From Octopus sinensis (taxonomy: Eukaryota): a stretch of 64,000 nucleotides of DNA. Shown one piece after another: positions 1 through 12,685 of the stretch. The position numbers and the translations under genes are program-made. How positions within the stretch are numbered: the stretch's first letter is position 1; every line of letters begins with the position of its first letter. The stretch covers positions 17,732,001 to 17,796,000 of the forward strand of contig NC_043003.1 in assembly GCF_006345805.1 (NCBI RefSeq). The letters run 5' to 3'. A model generated the notes under the pieces. The model was not told where the DNA came from. It searched no databases and saw only the letters and a program-made list of their open reading frames with translations.

Positions 1-260
1 CCAAAACTTTCTGATCGCTTCACAGTTTAATCAAAGTAGAGTTGATGTTTGCTTGTCATTGAAGAGTAGACTCGCTACTGAATCATTCCTGTGTACAACA
101 ATCACAAGCGATGAAAAATGGTTTTTACCATAATGATATCCAACAAAAATAACAAGGTAGCAGTTAAAACTAGAACTACACCTGGGGAAGCTATACTCTT
201 GTGTTTGGCGAGATATGAAGTGTGTCATCTATCATGATGCGTTAAACCAAAATTAAACCG

Positions 261-262
<2 letters not shown>
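1..262 (+). pseudogene. Degenerate mariner transposase, catalytic N-half
   Basis: Frame 2 reads RVDVCLSLKSRLATESFLCTTITSDEKWFL (mariner R-x-ICxSLL...ITGDEKW, first catalytic D). After stops and shifts it reads KLELHLGKLYSCVWRDMKCVIYH (KxMLCVWWDxKGVIYY). Runs off the window start. Confidence 0.75.
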
Positions 263-306
<44 letters not shown>

Positions 307-310
307 ACAA

Positions 311-370
<60 letters not shown>

Positions 371-404
371 CAACATCATCATCATCATCATCATCTTCAT
401 CACC

Positions 405-435
<31 letters not shown>

Positions 436-610
436 CCATCATCATCGCCATCACCATCATCATCATCATCAACATCATCATCATCATCATCATCATCATC
501 GTCGTCATCATCATCATCATCATCATCTTCATCACCTTCATCATCATCATCATCTTCATCATCATTATCACCACCATCATCATCATCATCATCATCAACA
601 TCATCATCAC
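263..610. repeat. (CAT)n microsatellite, expanded tail of adjacent RTE-type element
   Basis: About 345 bp of CAT repeats running directly into ttaacatccgttgtccatgc. Confidence 0.95.
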
Positions 611-790
611 TTAACATCCGTTGTCCATGCTGTCATGGATAATGGACGGTTTGACCAGGGGTGGCAAGCTGGAGAGCTGCACCAAGCTCCAGTCTGATTT
701 AGCAAGGTTGCTTTTCGTGACTGGATGCCCTTCCCAACACCAGCCACTTTACAGGGTGTACTAGGTATTTTTATGTGGCACTACTTGAAT
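603..790 (-). mobile_element. RTE-LINE 3' end / RTE-tail element
   Basis: ctggatgcccttcccaacaccagccact motif shared with the 3' UTR contiguous with RTE RT at 27900-28720. Confidence 0.8.
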
Positions 791-929
791 GCAAATACAT
801 GGCACCCACATGAGTATGCATGACTTTACCAGGGGGAGTGGCCTCAACACATCTGCTGTGGAGTACTGGTCTTCTTGTGGAGAAGTACTATCATCAACTG
901 GAACCACAACATCAAAACTTGCTCGAACT

Positions 930-1415
930 GAACCCATCATTATTCATTCCATGGCATATATATATATTCCCTACCCGGGTGGGACACCAGCCTGTCACAG
1001 AATTACTCACTTTTGCCAGCAGAGTGGACTGGAGCAATGTGAAATGAAGTGTTTTGCTCAAGAACACAATGTGTCACTTGATCCAGGAATTGAAACCACA
1101 ATCTTAGGTTCATGAGTCCAACTCCCTAACCACTAAGCCACACTGAGTGGACTGGAGCAATGTGAAATGAAGTGTTTTGCTCAAGAACACAATGTACCAC
1201 CCGGTCCAGGAATCGAAACCACAATCTTAGGTTCATGAGTCCAACTCCCTAACCACTAAGCCACACTGAGTGGACTGGAGCAATGTGAAATGAAGTGTTT
1301 TGCTCAAGAACACAACACATCGCCTGGTCCAGGAAATTAAACCGCAACCTCACAGTCATTTCTCCAATATCCAAACCCCTAGGCTTGATGGTTAGGGTGT
1401 TGGACTCATAATTGT
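930..1415 (-). mobile_element. tRNA-derived CORE-like SINE with three tandem 123-bp head units
   Basis: gagtggactggagc recurs at 1022, 1145 and 1268. The minus strand has an A-box (tggcttagtgg) and a B-box (gtttcgattcc). Confidence 0.85.
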
Positions 1416-1544
1416 ACAATAATACAAGAGAACATATTTTCACATGATTGATGTAGTTTTAATTATTCAGCATAGGTTTTCCTCAATATAAATAATTTCT
1501 TAATTTATCTAAGTTACATAAGATTCTCTCACAACTAAAGTGTA

Positions 1545-1635
1545 ACTATAAAGTGGGACATGGTCACTGTCCAGGTATTTAGAAACTACTTGAACTCTCT
1601 TGGTACCAGGACAATTTGCAGGATTATGGATTAAT
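1545..1635 (+). mobile_element. Short RTE fragment, same family as 5029-5345
   Basis: gggacatggtcactgtc...ggtaccaggacaatttgcaggattatggattaa matches the reverse complement of 5260-5345. Confidence 0.7.
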
Positions 1636-1639
1636 ATGA

Positions 1640-1977
1640 TCCTGCAAATTGTCATGCTCAGGTCATTCAGGCAAAGATTATGGCATTAAATATGAAAGTT
1701 TTATCTCATTCTCCTAACTCTGCTGGCCTTGCTCCATCTATCTATCATCTTTTCAGATCATTGCAAAATTATTTATTTATCAGTTGTGAAGTGGTTAAAG
1801 AATTTTGAGTGACTTTACTTTAAAATCTGAAGAATTTGCACCTGAGGGATCAACAGTTTACTAAATAAATGGTCTTATGTTATCAATAATCTTTATTAAA
1901 TATATCCGTTAAGACGGAAGAAATATCTATTTATTTCCTATCTTGAAATTCAAAAGGAATTTCTTTCCAATCTAATA
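1640..1977 (+). pseudogene. Degenerate mariner transposase C-terminus and right TIR
   Basis: HAQVIQAKIMALNMKVLSHSPNSAGLAPSIYHLFRSLQN resembles HPPYSPDLAPSDYHLFRSLQN. Ends ttccaatctaata, TIR-like. Probably the same element as 1-262, split by insertions. Confidence 0.75.
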
Positions 1978-1986
1978 CACACAAAC

Positions 1987-2036
<50 letters not shown>

Positions 2037-2089
2037 CATTGAATATGCATGAGTAGATTTATGCAGAGCAAAGGAGAAAAAAGATATCA

Positions 2090-2760
2090 TCATCATCATC
2101 ATCATTTAACATGTGTTGTGTATGCTAGCATGGGTTGGACAGTTTGACCAGGGTTAGTGAGCTGAGGGGCTGCATCAAACTCCAGTCTGACTTGGCATGG
2201 TTTTTCTATGGCTGGATGTCCTTCCTAACACCAACCACTCCAAGTGTGTAATATGTGCTTTTTGTGTGCCACTTGCGTGAGTGTCAGTCACGTCACGCCT
2301 GTGTCTTCCACAACTAAGACAGTATTTAACTATTAATTCATCATCATCATCATTTAACATCCACTTTCCATGCTGGCATGGGTTGGACGGTTTGACTGGG
2401 GACTGGTGAGCCAGATGGCTGCACCAGTCTCCAATCTGATCTGGCAGAGTTTCTACAGCTGGGTGCCCTTCCTAACACCAACCACTCTGAGAGTGTTGTG
2501 GGTGCTTTTATGTACCACCTGCACGAGGGCCAGTCTGGCAGTACTGGCAACGGCCATGCTCAAATGGTGATTTTTATGTCACCTGCACAGTAGCCAGTCC
2601 AGCAGCACTGGCAATGCCCTCTCTCGAATGTTGTTTTTCACGTTCCACCAGCACAAGTGCCAGTAAGGCAACGCTGGTAACAATCACGGTCAAATGGTGC
2701 TTTTTATGTACCACCGGCATGGGGGCCAGTCAACGCCCTGGCAACGATCACGCTCGACTC
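2090..2760 (-). mobile_element. Two RTE-tail copies
   Basis: Each starts with (CAT)n-tttaaca and contains gggttggac...ccaaccactc. Confidence 0.8.
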
Positions 2761-3109
2761 TTTTATTCTTTTACTTGTTTCAATGTTTTAAAAACTTCAC
2801 AAACAATAATTTATGTGAAACTTAGAGAAACAGTTTGTGACAGATTTTTCATCTTCAATAAAACACACATACACATAAACACATGTGCATGCACACACAC
2901 ACACACACAGAGTTCTGGGTGTGTTGGCTGAGGACTGCACGCTAGTTACAGATAGAATATTTCTTGTATAATAATTCTGCTTTTGTTGTATCATGATATA
3001 ATCTGATCATAATTTGTTTTCAAATCTAATAACGTAAATTCAGAAACACAGATTAAATCAGATTGAAGTCGTATTATGTATAGAAATAACCTGAAGTTTA
3101 AATGTATTA

Positions 3110-3360
3110 TTATCGGCATAATCATCATTGTCATCATCATCATCATTGTCATTGTCCTGGTTGTCATCATTGTCGTCATCATCATCATCATCCTCATTAT
3201 CATTATCATCATCATCATCATTTTAATGTTCATTTTCCCATGCTAGTATTGGTCAGATAGAATTTGCTAAGGGTAGATGTTTTTATGACCAGATGCCCTC
3301 CCTGTCAATAACCCTCGCCTGTTTCCTAGCAAGGTGATATTTTCCCATAGCCTGATACGT
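3110..3360 (-). mobile_element. (CAT)n tract plus degenerate RTE-tail element
   Basis: CAT repeats followed by tttaatgttcattttcccatgctag. Confidence 0.65.
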
Positions 3361-3482
3361 TTTTACAGAATATTGGCAACAAAGGACATTGTGTGCACAG
3401 CGGTGACACTCATTTATAAAGAGACAGTATAATACACACACATGCGCACACATGCATGTGCATACACACATACGCATGCACA

Positions 3483-3853
3483 CAAACACACACATGCATG
3501 TATGTGCACACACATATGCACACACAGATACATACAGATACACACACATGCACACAGACACACACATGCATGTATGTGCACACACATATGCACACACAGA
3601 TACATACAGATACACACACATGCACACAGACACACACATGCAAGTATGTGCACACACATATGCACACACAGATACATACAGATACACACACATGCACACA
3701 GACACACACATGCAAGTATGTGCACACACATATGCACACACAGATACATACAGATACACACACATGCACACAGACACACACATGCAAGTATGTGCACACA
3801 CATATGCACACACAGATACATACAGATACACACACATGCACACAGACACACAC
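3483..3853. repeat. 72-bp minisatellite (about 5 copies) built from CA/TA units
   Basis: catgcatgtatgtgcacac recurs at 3493, 3565 and onward (period 72). Units 1-2 have gcatgtatg, units 3-5 gcaagtatg. Confidence 0.9.
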
Positions 3854-4371
3854 AACAGGCTTCTTTCAGTTTCTATTTACCAAATCCACTTACAAGGCTT
3901 TGGTTGACCAAAGGCTATAGTAAAAGACACTTGCTCAAGGTGTCTCACAGTGGGATTGAACTTCTTATCACACAGCCTGTGCCTGTAATGATTAACTGTG
4001 CTTATAATGACACCAGAGTAGAAGGTTCGTTATGGCAACCCCCTGAAATGCCAGAACAAGGTTCCTTTGAAAAATTTGAAAGATTAAAAGTTGAATTATG
4101 ACATTTGAAGGAAGTGATTATTTAAGGGAGATTTTTGAAGATTTTTGAAGATTTTTTATTTAAGGGAAATTTTTCAAGACTATTGAAAAAGTTGCAAGGA
4201 GCAACGAAAATTTTAGAAAAATAAAAATAAGGAAGATTTGATAATATCCTTTTAAGGTATGTGAACTAAGAAGACCTGTGATAATCTTGTGTTGGTCAAA
4301 TAGGGGGTGATGAGGTATGCATTGTTCAAGTGCATCACTGCATTCACCATTTGTCATTATTTGCTGGTGGA

Positions 4372-4990
4372 AGCATGTGGCCTAGTGGTTTGGGTATTGG
4401 AGACATGACTGTAAGGTTGCGGTTTCGTTTCTTGGACCAGGCGACACGTTGTGTTCTTGAGCAAAACACTTGATTACACATTGCTCCAGTCGACTCAGTG
4501 TGGCTTAGTGGTTAGGGAGTTGGACTCATGAACCTAAGATTGTGGTTTCGATTCCTGGACCGGGTGGTACCTTGTGTTCTTGAGCAAAACACTTCATTTC
4601 ACATTGCTCTAGTCCATTCAGATGGCAAAAGGTGAGTAATCCTGTGACAGGCTGGTGTCCCATCCAGGTGGGGAATATATATATATATGCCATGGAAACC
4701 AAGGGACCAGTTGTTGTGAGTCAGCATGACTTGGGACGGGAACTTTACCTTTTGGAGAGGCATGTGGCTTGGTGGTTAGAGTGTTGGACTCATAATTGTA
4801 AGATTGTGGTTTCAATTCCTGGACCAGGTGATGTGTTGTGTTCTTGAGCAAAGCATTTCATTTCATGTTGCGGCTGTCCACTCAGCTAGTCAAAATAAAT
4901 AACCCAGCAACAGACCAGCATCCCATCCTGATGGGGAATATCATACATGCCATGAAACTGGGAAACCAGCCCTTGTGATTCATCATGACT
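4372..4990 (+). mobile_element. Cluster of tRNA-derived CORE-like SINEs
   Basis: Heads gcatgtggcctagtgg (4372), gtgtggcttagtgg (4498) and gcatgtggcttggtgg (4760), each followed by ttcttgagcaaa...catttcac. Confidence 0.85.
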
Positions 4991-5028
4991 CATGAAGGGA
5001 TATTTACCTTCTTTACTTTAGTATTCAC

Positions 5029-5345
5029 TTGGGTTATCCAGGGCAACCCTCTGAGCAATGCTGCAGTCAGTCCCCATCTCTGAAAGATTCTTCCTCATTC
5101 ACTGTGATCATGGGGCATGTGGCCGACAAACACGAGCTGTCACTCCTGTCAGAGGACGCAATATGTAGGATCCAACTCAGAAAATTAAGCAACATGACCG
5201 AACGGGACACATCTCAGTTTCTGAGTATAGTTGTTGGTTGGATACAGAATCCGACCAATGTTAATCCATAATCCTGCGAATTGTCCTGGTACCAAGAGAG
5301 TTCAAGTAGTTTCTAAATCCCCAGACAGTGACCATGTCCCACTGT
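5029..5345 (-). mobile_element. Degenerate RTE-clade LINE, RT C-terminal region
   Basis: Minus strand RRIMD*HWSDSVSNQQLYSET...QLVFVGH resembles RTE RRIMGYRWNDFVSNQRLLHET...QLRLYGH. Confidence 0.65.
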
Positions 5346-5379
5346 ATAGTTGCACTTTAGTTGGGAGAGAATCTTGTGT

Positions 5380-5615
5380 AGGCGGTGAGCTGGCAGAAAC
5401 GTTAGTACACAGGGTGAAATGCTTAGTGGTATTTCGTCTGTCTTTACGTTCTGCGTTCAAATTCTGCTGAGGTCAACTTTGCCTTTCATTCTTTTGGGGT
5501 CAATAAATTAAGTACCTGTTACGCACTGGGGTTGATATAATCGACTTAATCCTTTTGTCTGTCCTAGTTTGTCTCCTCTATGTTTAGCCCCTTGTGGGCA
5601 ATAAAGAAATAAGAA
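5380..5615 (+). mobile_element. tRNA-derived SINE family B (ggcggtgagctggcagaaacgttag..., Meta-like domain)
   Basis: Head, B-box gttcaaattc, actttgcctttcat...ggggtc domain and tail aaagaaataag. Confidence 0.85.
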
Positions 5616-6230
5616 ATAAATACCACCTGATTTGGGGACCACTGGCCTAATGCAACCCCAGAATGCTACAGCCAGAGGAAGAGAGAGAGAGAGAGTGGGA
5701 GAAAGAAGGTTGCACCAGTATTTAGCTGGTACTCATTTCAGCTGGATAAATAGGAGCATTGCGAATTATAAATGCTGTGCTCAAGAACATATTGAACAAC
5801 CCAGTCCAAAGGTTGAACCCATGTCTTTACGATTGTGAGTCCAATGTCATAATCACTAAGCCATGTACCTTCACACACTGACACAGATATATACTGAGTC
5901 ATGTAGGATTTCCTTTTATTAAAATGTTTATTGTGTTTCTATATATCGCATAACATCACACAATGTGGGTGAAACCAAACGAAATAAAATGGTAATTACT
6001 AGTTGTCCTCTTTTAAAAATACATGCAAAAGTTCAGCTGGTTCACTGAAAAGAAAATTTCTTATTAATATGCTGGTTGAGCAAGATTATTATCAGGAAAT
6101 TCTTGTTGTTTGAATTAACTGCTAAGATGTGTCGTTCATATTTGTAATTACAAATATCCTGATTGCTTAGCAGTGATGATACTTGAGATCTCGTTTCAAC
6201 ATCACCATGTGTATTAATTAAAATTTGATC

Positions 6231-6611
6231 AATATGTAAGTTATTTATTCAATAACAATGAAGGCAGTTTAGAAAAACTGGACTGTGCCATCATTATCAT
6301 ATCATCATCATCATCTTCATCATCATCATTGTCATCATCATCATCATCGTCATCGTCATCGTCATCATCATCATCATCATTATCATCATCATCATCATCA
6401 ACATCATCATCATCATCACCACCATCATAATCATCATGATCAATATGTAAGTTATTTATTCAATAAAAATGAAGGCAGTTTAGAAAAACTGGACTGCCAT
6501 CATCATCATCATCATCATCGTCATCATCATCATCATCGTCATCGTCATCATCATCATCATCATCATAATCATCATCATCAACATCATCAACATCATCATC
6601 ATCACCACCAC

Positions 6612-6685
<74 letters not shown>
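6231..6685. repeat. Duplicated ~60-bp unique segment each followed by (CAT)n
   Basis: aatatgtaagttatttattcaataa...gaaaaactggactg at about 6231 and 6442, separated by CAT repeats. Confidence 0.85.
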
Positions 6686-6686
<1 letters not shown>

Positions 6687-7750
6687 TTTCTATATTGGTA
6701 TGGGCTGGACAGTTTGACAGAATCTGCTGGGCTCAAGGACTACACTGTGTTGTCTGCTTTGATATAGTTTTTATGGTTGGATACCTTTCCTAAAACCAAT
6801 CAGTATACAGCATGTACTGGGTGCTTTTTTGTGCAACCAGCACTAGTGAGGTTGCCATATAGCTTTCTAGACCATAAGAGTCTAGACACAAACCACAAAG
6901 GGGCAGTGTTATATGAAGAGAAGACATGGTAAAAGTATGAGAGAAGGGGTCAGATCAGAAGAAGTTGCTTGCTGTAAAGGAGCTATGTAACTACTCACAT
7001 TTTAGAAGAGAGGGTTGAAATGAATGAGCTGGAGTGTGAAGGAGATAAAAATAGGGGCTACAAGGATCTGGGGTGAATCTTCAAGGTACAAGGTGGGTAG
7101 AGTGAGTGAGACAGGACAAGGAGTGTGAGTGAGCAGCAGTTGCAAGAAAGCATGAGAGGAATGAGAGATAGGGAATGGGTGAGAGGGGGTAAGTGACGAC
7201 TATAAACATTGGATAGGATTGAGGGGTGGCTTTAGAGAATGATGGATGACTAATGATGCATGATGTAAGGGAGGATGTGTGGACAGTGTCAATGAAAACA
7301 GCAGTCAGCAGGTTAAACACCAGGGTTACCAGTTGTAAGATTATTGTATTTCAGTGGTTTTCAAACCAGGGTCCATATGACCTTTGGAGGTCATGTGAAA
7401 TTTTGTGGTTAAAATGTATATGCAATAAATTGCTTATTCTTCTAGTGTGGATGGGTTGTGTGGTAAGAAGCTTGTTTCTCAACTGCATGGTTCTGGGTTC
7501 AGTTCCTCTGTGTTGCACCGTGGGCAAGTGTCTTCTACAATAGCTTCAGGCCTACCAAAACCTTGTGGGTGGATTTGGTAAATAGAAACTGAAAGATACC
7601 TGTTGTGTGTGTGGTGGGGTGTATTTAGGTTAAATCTGTGTTTCTCAAAGGGGAGGCCTATGGGATTTTCGGACAAGTTGTTTTGAGAAAATTTGGTTTA
7701 AATGTTTGACAACTCAGCACCATCCATTGGATGTGGGGGGGGTTGTTTTG

Positions 7751-7789
<39 letters not shown>

Positions 7790-7796
<7 letters not shown>

Positions 7797-7949
7797 AAAT
7801 TTATAGAAAAACAAAAGACGAAGACAGGCGTATAAACAAAAAGTAGGTGTATTAGTTTGACACTTGGGAAAGGTTAGAAAGTCTTGTATATTTCAAGTCT
7901 AAACTCTTCAACAGAAAGGAACATGAGGAAATAAAAAGAGTGAGAATAA

Positions 7950-7950
<1 letters not shown>
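7790..7950 (-). mobile_element. Degenerate Penelope-like terminal repeat
   Basis: Homologous to 14310-14480 (gacgaag.cagg...gtattagt...ctcttcaacagaaag), flanked by (TA)n. Confidence 0.65.
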
Positions 7951-7980
<30 letters not shown>

Positions 7981-8013
7981 CATACATACATTTATTAAAT
8001 TTATTCTCTCTCT

Positions 8014-8064
<51 letters not shown>

Positions 8065-8824
8065 TATATGTATATAAATGTATATGTATATGTATGTATA
8101 ATTATATGTGTTGGTGCATGATGGCCTTCTACTTAGTTCTTACCTACCAAATTCCACTCAAAGAATAGTCTTCAGCCCAAGGTTGCATCAGTTCAAGGTA
8201 CTATACAAAGGAATCCAACCCCAAACTGCAAAACAATGTTCTTAACCATACAGCCATGCCTGCGACATTATCTTCATGGCTCTTATTACTAACATACTGT
8301 CTCGTTAATTTTTGAAAGCATTAACAATCCAATCAGAAACCACAATCTTATTTATTTATTTGTTTATTCATTTACTCATTCATTTAATTTTAATCACAAC
8401 AATTTCCTTTGTCATTCATTAATTGCTACTCGACCAGTTTTTAAAGAAAGACAGTCGTATCAATTTCTTTCCCAACATCATTTCAGTTTTCAATTAACTG
8501 TAAATTCAGTGCATCTCGTAAATAACCTCGTCAGTGGTTTTTCTTTTATTCTTTGTTATGTTATTTCAATCATCTCTCAAACAAAGTGTCTTTCTTTGTA
8601 GTCGGTTAACTACATACAAAATATAATACCAGGATATCGTGACTGAAAGAGAAGACAAATAAAAATTATTTACAGTTCCATGATATAATTTGATTATGTT
8701 GTCTGTTTTTTTTTTGTAATGGCCAAGTACAAAACTGACATTTCTTGATGCTTCATTAGCAATGTAAGTCTTATAGAATGTTGGTAACCACTGGAAATTT
8801 TTATGACTTGTGATATCTCTTTTG

Positions 8825-9125
8825 AGGAGATGCAATGGCCTAGGTGTTATGGCAGCATACTTGTGGTCGAAGGATCGCGGTTTCGATTCCCAGACCGGGC
8901 GTTGCGTGTGTTTATTGAGCGAAAACACCTAAAACTCCATGAGGCTCCGGCAGGGGGTGGTTGTGACACTTGTTGTACTCTTTTGCCTCAACTTTCTCTC
9001 ACTCTTTCTTCTTGTTTCTTGAGTAATGCTGTGATGGACTGGTGTCCCATCCAGCTGTGGGGGAACACATACACCATAGAAACCGGGAAACCAGGCCCAT
9101 GAGCCTGGCTAGGCTTGAAAAGGGT
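8825..9125 (+). mobile_element. tRNA-derived SINE family C (gcaatggcccagtgg...gatggactgg)
   Basis: A-box/B-box head, aaaacacctaaa.ctcca body and cctggctaggcttgaaaaggg tail. Confidence 0.85.
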
Positions 9126-9149
9126 GAAAAAAAAAATTATATCTTGTTT

Positions 9150-9597
9150 ACTCTTTTACTCTTTTATTTGTTTCAGTCATTTGACTGTGAGCATGCTGGA
9201 GCACCACCTTTAGTCGAGCAAATCGACCCCAGGACTTTTTCTTTGTAAGCCTAGTACTTATTCTATTGGTCTTTTTTGCCGAACCGCTAAGTTACAGGGA
9301 CATAAACACACCAGCATCAGTTGTCAAGCAATGTTGGGGAGACAAACACAGACACACAAACACACACACACACATATATATATATACACACACACACATA
9401 TATATATATACACACACACACACACATATATATACAACAGGCTTCTTTCATTTTCCGTCTACCAAATCTACTCGCAAGGCTTTGGTTGGCCCAAGGCTAT
9501 AGTAGAAGACACTTGCTCAAGGTGCTACGCAGTGGGACTGAACCCAGAATCATGTGATTGGTAAGCAAGCTACTTACCACACAGCCACTCCTATGCC
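9150..9597 (-). mobile_element. tRNA-derived CORE-like SINE family A (ggagtggctgtgtggtaagtagcttg...), full length
   Basis: Minus-strand head, ccttg.gcaagtgtctt CORE-like segment, central CA/TA tract and tail gactgaaacaa.taaaagagtaa. Confidence 0.9.
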
Positions 9598-10220
9598 TAT
9601 AACTTGATATGGAAACCTTTTCTATTATTTTTTTAGCATTGGTCAATGATCAAATGAATGAAGTGAGCTGGCAGAACTGTTAGCACATTTGACAAAATGT
9701 TAAGTAATGTTAGTGGTGTTTCTTTCAGATCTTTACTTTCAAAGTTCAAATCCCACCAAGGTCAACTTTTCCTTTTATCTCTTTGAGGTTGATAAAAAAT
9801 AAAGTACCTGTCAACTACTGGAATCGATGTAATCAGCTTGACCCCTTTCCTCAAAATTGAACCCTGCAATAAACCAACATTCAGTTCGAGGGGAATCTTG
9901 AGATCTCAGTCACTTGCACCACGTGTAATCAGTTTTATGAGTCCTAGTTGAATGAGAGTGGAGCTCCTTCAGGCTGACTGTGTACTTGAGATAGATTACA
10001 TGGTGAGAAATTTAAGAAGTGACCCAATGGGCTTTGACAATCTCCTGCAGAATTTCATCACCTAAATCTTAAAACCCACTTAATCAAATGAGTTAGCATT
10101 ATCAAATACCTATCATCCATGATGCCCTCGTTTAAACTGACATCCAGGTGTTTGTGCATGGGAAGTTGTGGGGCAACTAAAGCATAGATGCAATGATCAA
10201 CTCACTCATAAATTAAAGAT

Positions 10221-10850
10221 ATATTCTTTTCTACCCTAGGCACAAGGCCTGAAATTTTGTGGGGAGATCAATCGAGTACACAACTGGTACTTAATTTATG
10301 GACCCCGAAAGGATGAAAGGCAAAGTTGACCTCAACGGAATTTGAGCTCAGAATGTAAAGACAAGCATTTCACTTGGCGTGCTAATGTTTCTGCCAGCTC
10401 GTCGCCTTTAAATATTCTTTTCTACTCTAGGCACAAGGCTTGAAATTTTGGTGGGAGGAGGCCAGTCGATTAGATCAACTCCAGTATACAGCTGATACTT
10501 AATTTATTGACTCTGAAAGGATGAAAGGCAAAGTCAACCTCAGCGGAATTTGAACTCAGAATGTAAAGACAAATGAAATACTGCTAAGCATTTTTCCTGG
10601 CATGCTAACGTTTCTGCCAGTTTGCTACCTTTAAATATTCTTTTCTATTCTAGGTACAAGGCCTGAAATTTTGGGGGAAGGGGGCCAGTTGATTAGATAG
10701 ACCCCAGTACGCAACTAGTACTTAATTTATCGACCCTGAAAGGATGAAAGGCATAGTCGACCTGAGCATAATTTGAACTCAGTACATAAAGACAAGCATT
10801 TCGCCTGGCATACTAATGTTTCTGCCAGCTCACCACCTTTATTTATATTG
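10221..10850 (-). mobile_element. Three head-to-tail family B SINE copies
   Basis: atattctttt.ta..ctagg.acaagg starts at about 10221, 10412 and 10634. Confidence 0.9.
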
Positions 10851-10984
10851 ACACCACTTTGAGCTTTTTGCCATTCTAGTGTAATGTAAACACTGTTTTG
10901 TGGCTAGCAACAGCAACACCAGCAGCAGTAGTGGCAACAGCATCAGCAGCATGAGCATCAGTGGCAGTAACAGCAGCAATGGCA

Positions 10985-11232
10985 TGGAGGTGCAATGGCC
11001 CAGTGGTTAGGGCAGCAGACTTGCTGTCGTAAGAACGTGGTTTCAATTCCCAGACCAAGCATTATGAGTGTTTATTGAGCAAAAACACCTAAGCTCCATG
11101 AGGCTCCAGTGGGGGGTGGGGGGTGGGAACCCCCCTGTACTCTTTCACTACAACTTTCTCTCACTCTTTTTTCCTACTTCTGCCACAAAGCAGAGGAACC
11201 ATGGTGTAACCCACTATGGTGTGGTAAAACTT
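10985..11232 (+). mobile_element. Family C SINE with non-canonical tail
   Basis: gcaatggcccagtggttaggg head; ends ctacttctgccacaaagcagaggaaccatgg... Confidence 0.8.
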
Positions 11233-11457
11233 TCAGATGCTAGTCTAGATCACAAATCCCCTGTACCCCAGGATGGTTCAGCTCTTCACCCGTTAAAAGT
11301 TTATGGAATGAGGATAACGTAGCTTTCGCACCCGTGCAACCGCCAGTCTATTGCGTGTGGTGGGCAAATCTTCAAGTTGCCGCATGCATTCTTAGTAGCT
11401 TAGAGAAGGCTCGAATTAAAGATTATTCTTTGTGGCTAATGGCGTGAGTCTTGGTGG

Positions 11458-11533
11458 GAAGAAGAAAAAGAAGAAGAAGAAGAAGAAGAAGAAGAAGAAG
11501 AAGAAGGAGAAGGAGAAGGAGGAGGAGGAGGAG
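11458..11533. repeat. (GAA)n/(GAG)n microsatellite
   Basis: Direct inspection. Confidence 0.95.
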
Positions 11534-12457
11534 ACGATGACAACAATTACAACAATTACAACAATATATGCCAGGATTCCACATGATTCCTGTGTACCAT
11601 ATTTACTCACAAGGCATTGGCTGGCCCATATTATAGCAGAAGACACTTTGGGCATAGTGATGTGAGATGGGACTGAACCTGAATATGCTATTATTATCTT
11701 GTCATTTGAATCAGACAATTGATCAAACAACATTTCCAGTGAATTTGCTCTGATTATTCCTTATTACAAACCAATAGGTATCACTTCAAGGAAAACAGAT
11801 AGTCAATGTATCAGTGTTGATGATAATAACAGTTATTTGTCTTTTTTTCCCTTTTATTTATTTTTTTTGCTTCTCAAAGTAAAATACGAAAATCGTATTT
11901 TCCAAGAATTACACAATCTGTTATATGGCTTGAAGCTGACATTTTGACATCCAGCCATAAACTTTCACAGGATATTAAACAAAGAACCTAACAGACTTTG
12001 AAATAGAAATACTAAGTAGTTTAGACTGACAGCTACTTTAAAATATTATTGCCTGTCATTCTCTGTATCATCTTGCTTTCTTCCATTTGGTTTCTCTACG
12101 GGTTTCTATAAAGTAGGAACGTAAACAATGAAACTGGACTAACTGTATTTACTTGTGTATAAGCAGCACTTTTGTATAAGCTGCACCCTCAATTTCGTGC
12201 TAAATTTCAGTACAAATTTTTTTCTTATAAGTGTGGGAACAAAATTTGTTTAGAGGGGTAGAAAACTACGTCCAATCCAAGATGTTCAAAGCATCTTTAT
12301 TATTGTCCCACCAAAATTTTTAAGGAATGTGTTCGACAAGTCTATAGATTTTAAGGGTTTTCTAAAGAGCTTCTATAATTTTGGTATTGAGACTTTTGTT
12401 TTTTATATCCCATGAATAATAGTTAGATAAATGATAAGCTTCTGTCATTCATTCAAG

Positions 12458-12685
12458 TTTACCACACCATAGTGGGTTATACCATGGTTCCTCTGCTTTG
12501 TGGCAGAAGTAGGAAGAAAGAGTGAGAGAAAGTTGTGGTGAAAGAGTACAGCAGGGTTCACCATTATGCCCTGCTGGAGCCTCGTGGAGCTTAGGTGTTT
12601 TTGCTCAATAAACACTCACAGTCTGGGAATTGAAACCACGTTCTTATGACAGAGAGTCCACTGCCCTAACCACTGGACCATTGTT
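12458..12685 (-). mobile_element. Family C SINE with the same non-canonical tail
   Basis: Reverse complement of 10985-11232, including the atypical tail. Confidence 0.8.

Noticed and set aside
225-617. Poly-Asp/Met/His ORFs (also 6285-6767 and 22467-23006)
   Set aside because: Translations of (CAT)n tracts that are RTE tails; no splice or codon evidence.
3283-4101. Long Cys/Val or His/Thr ORFs up to 219 aa
   Set aside because: Products of the 72-bp CA/TA minisatellite.
11880-11947. Possible terminal exon KYENRIFQELHNLLYGLKLTF*
   Set aside because: Long pyrimidine tract but an AAG acceptor, two frames equally open and no upstream partner exon; insufficient support.
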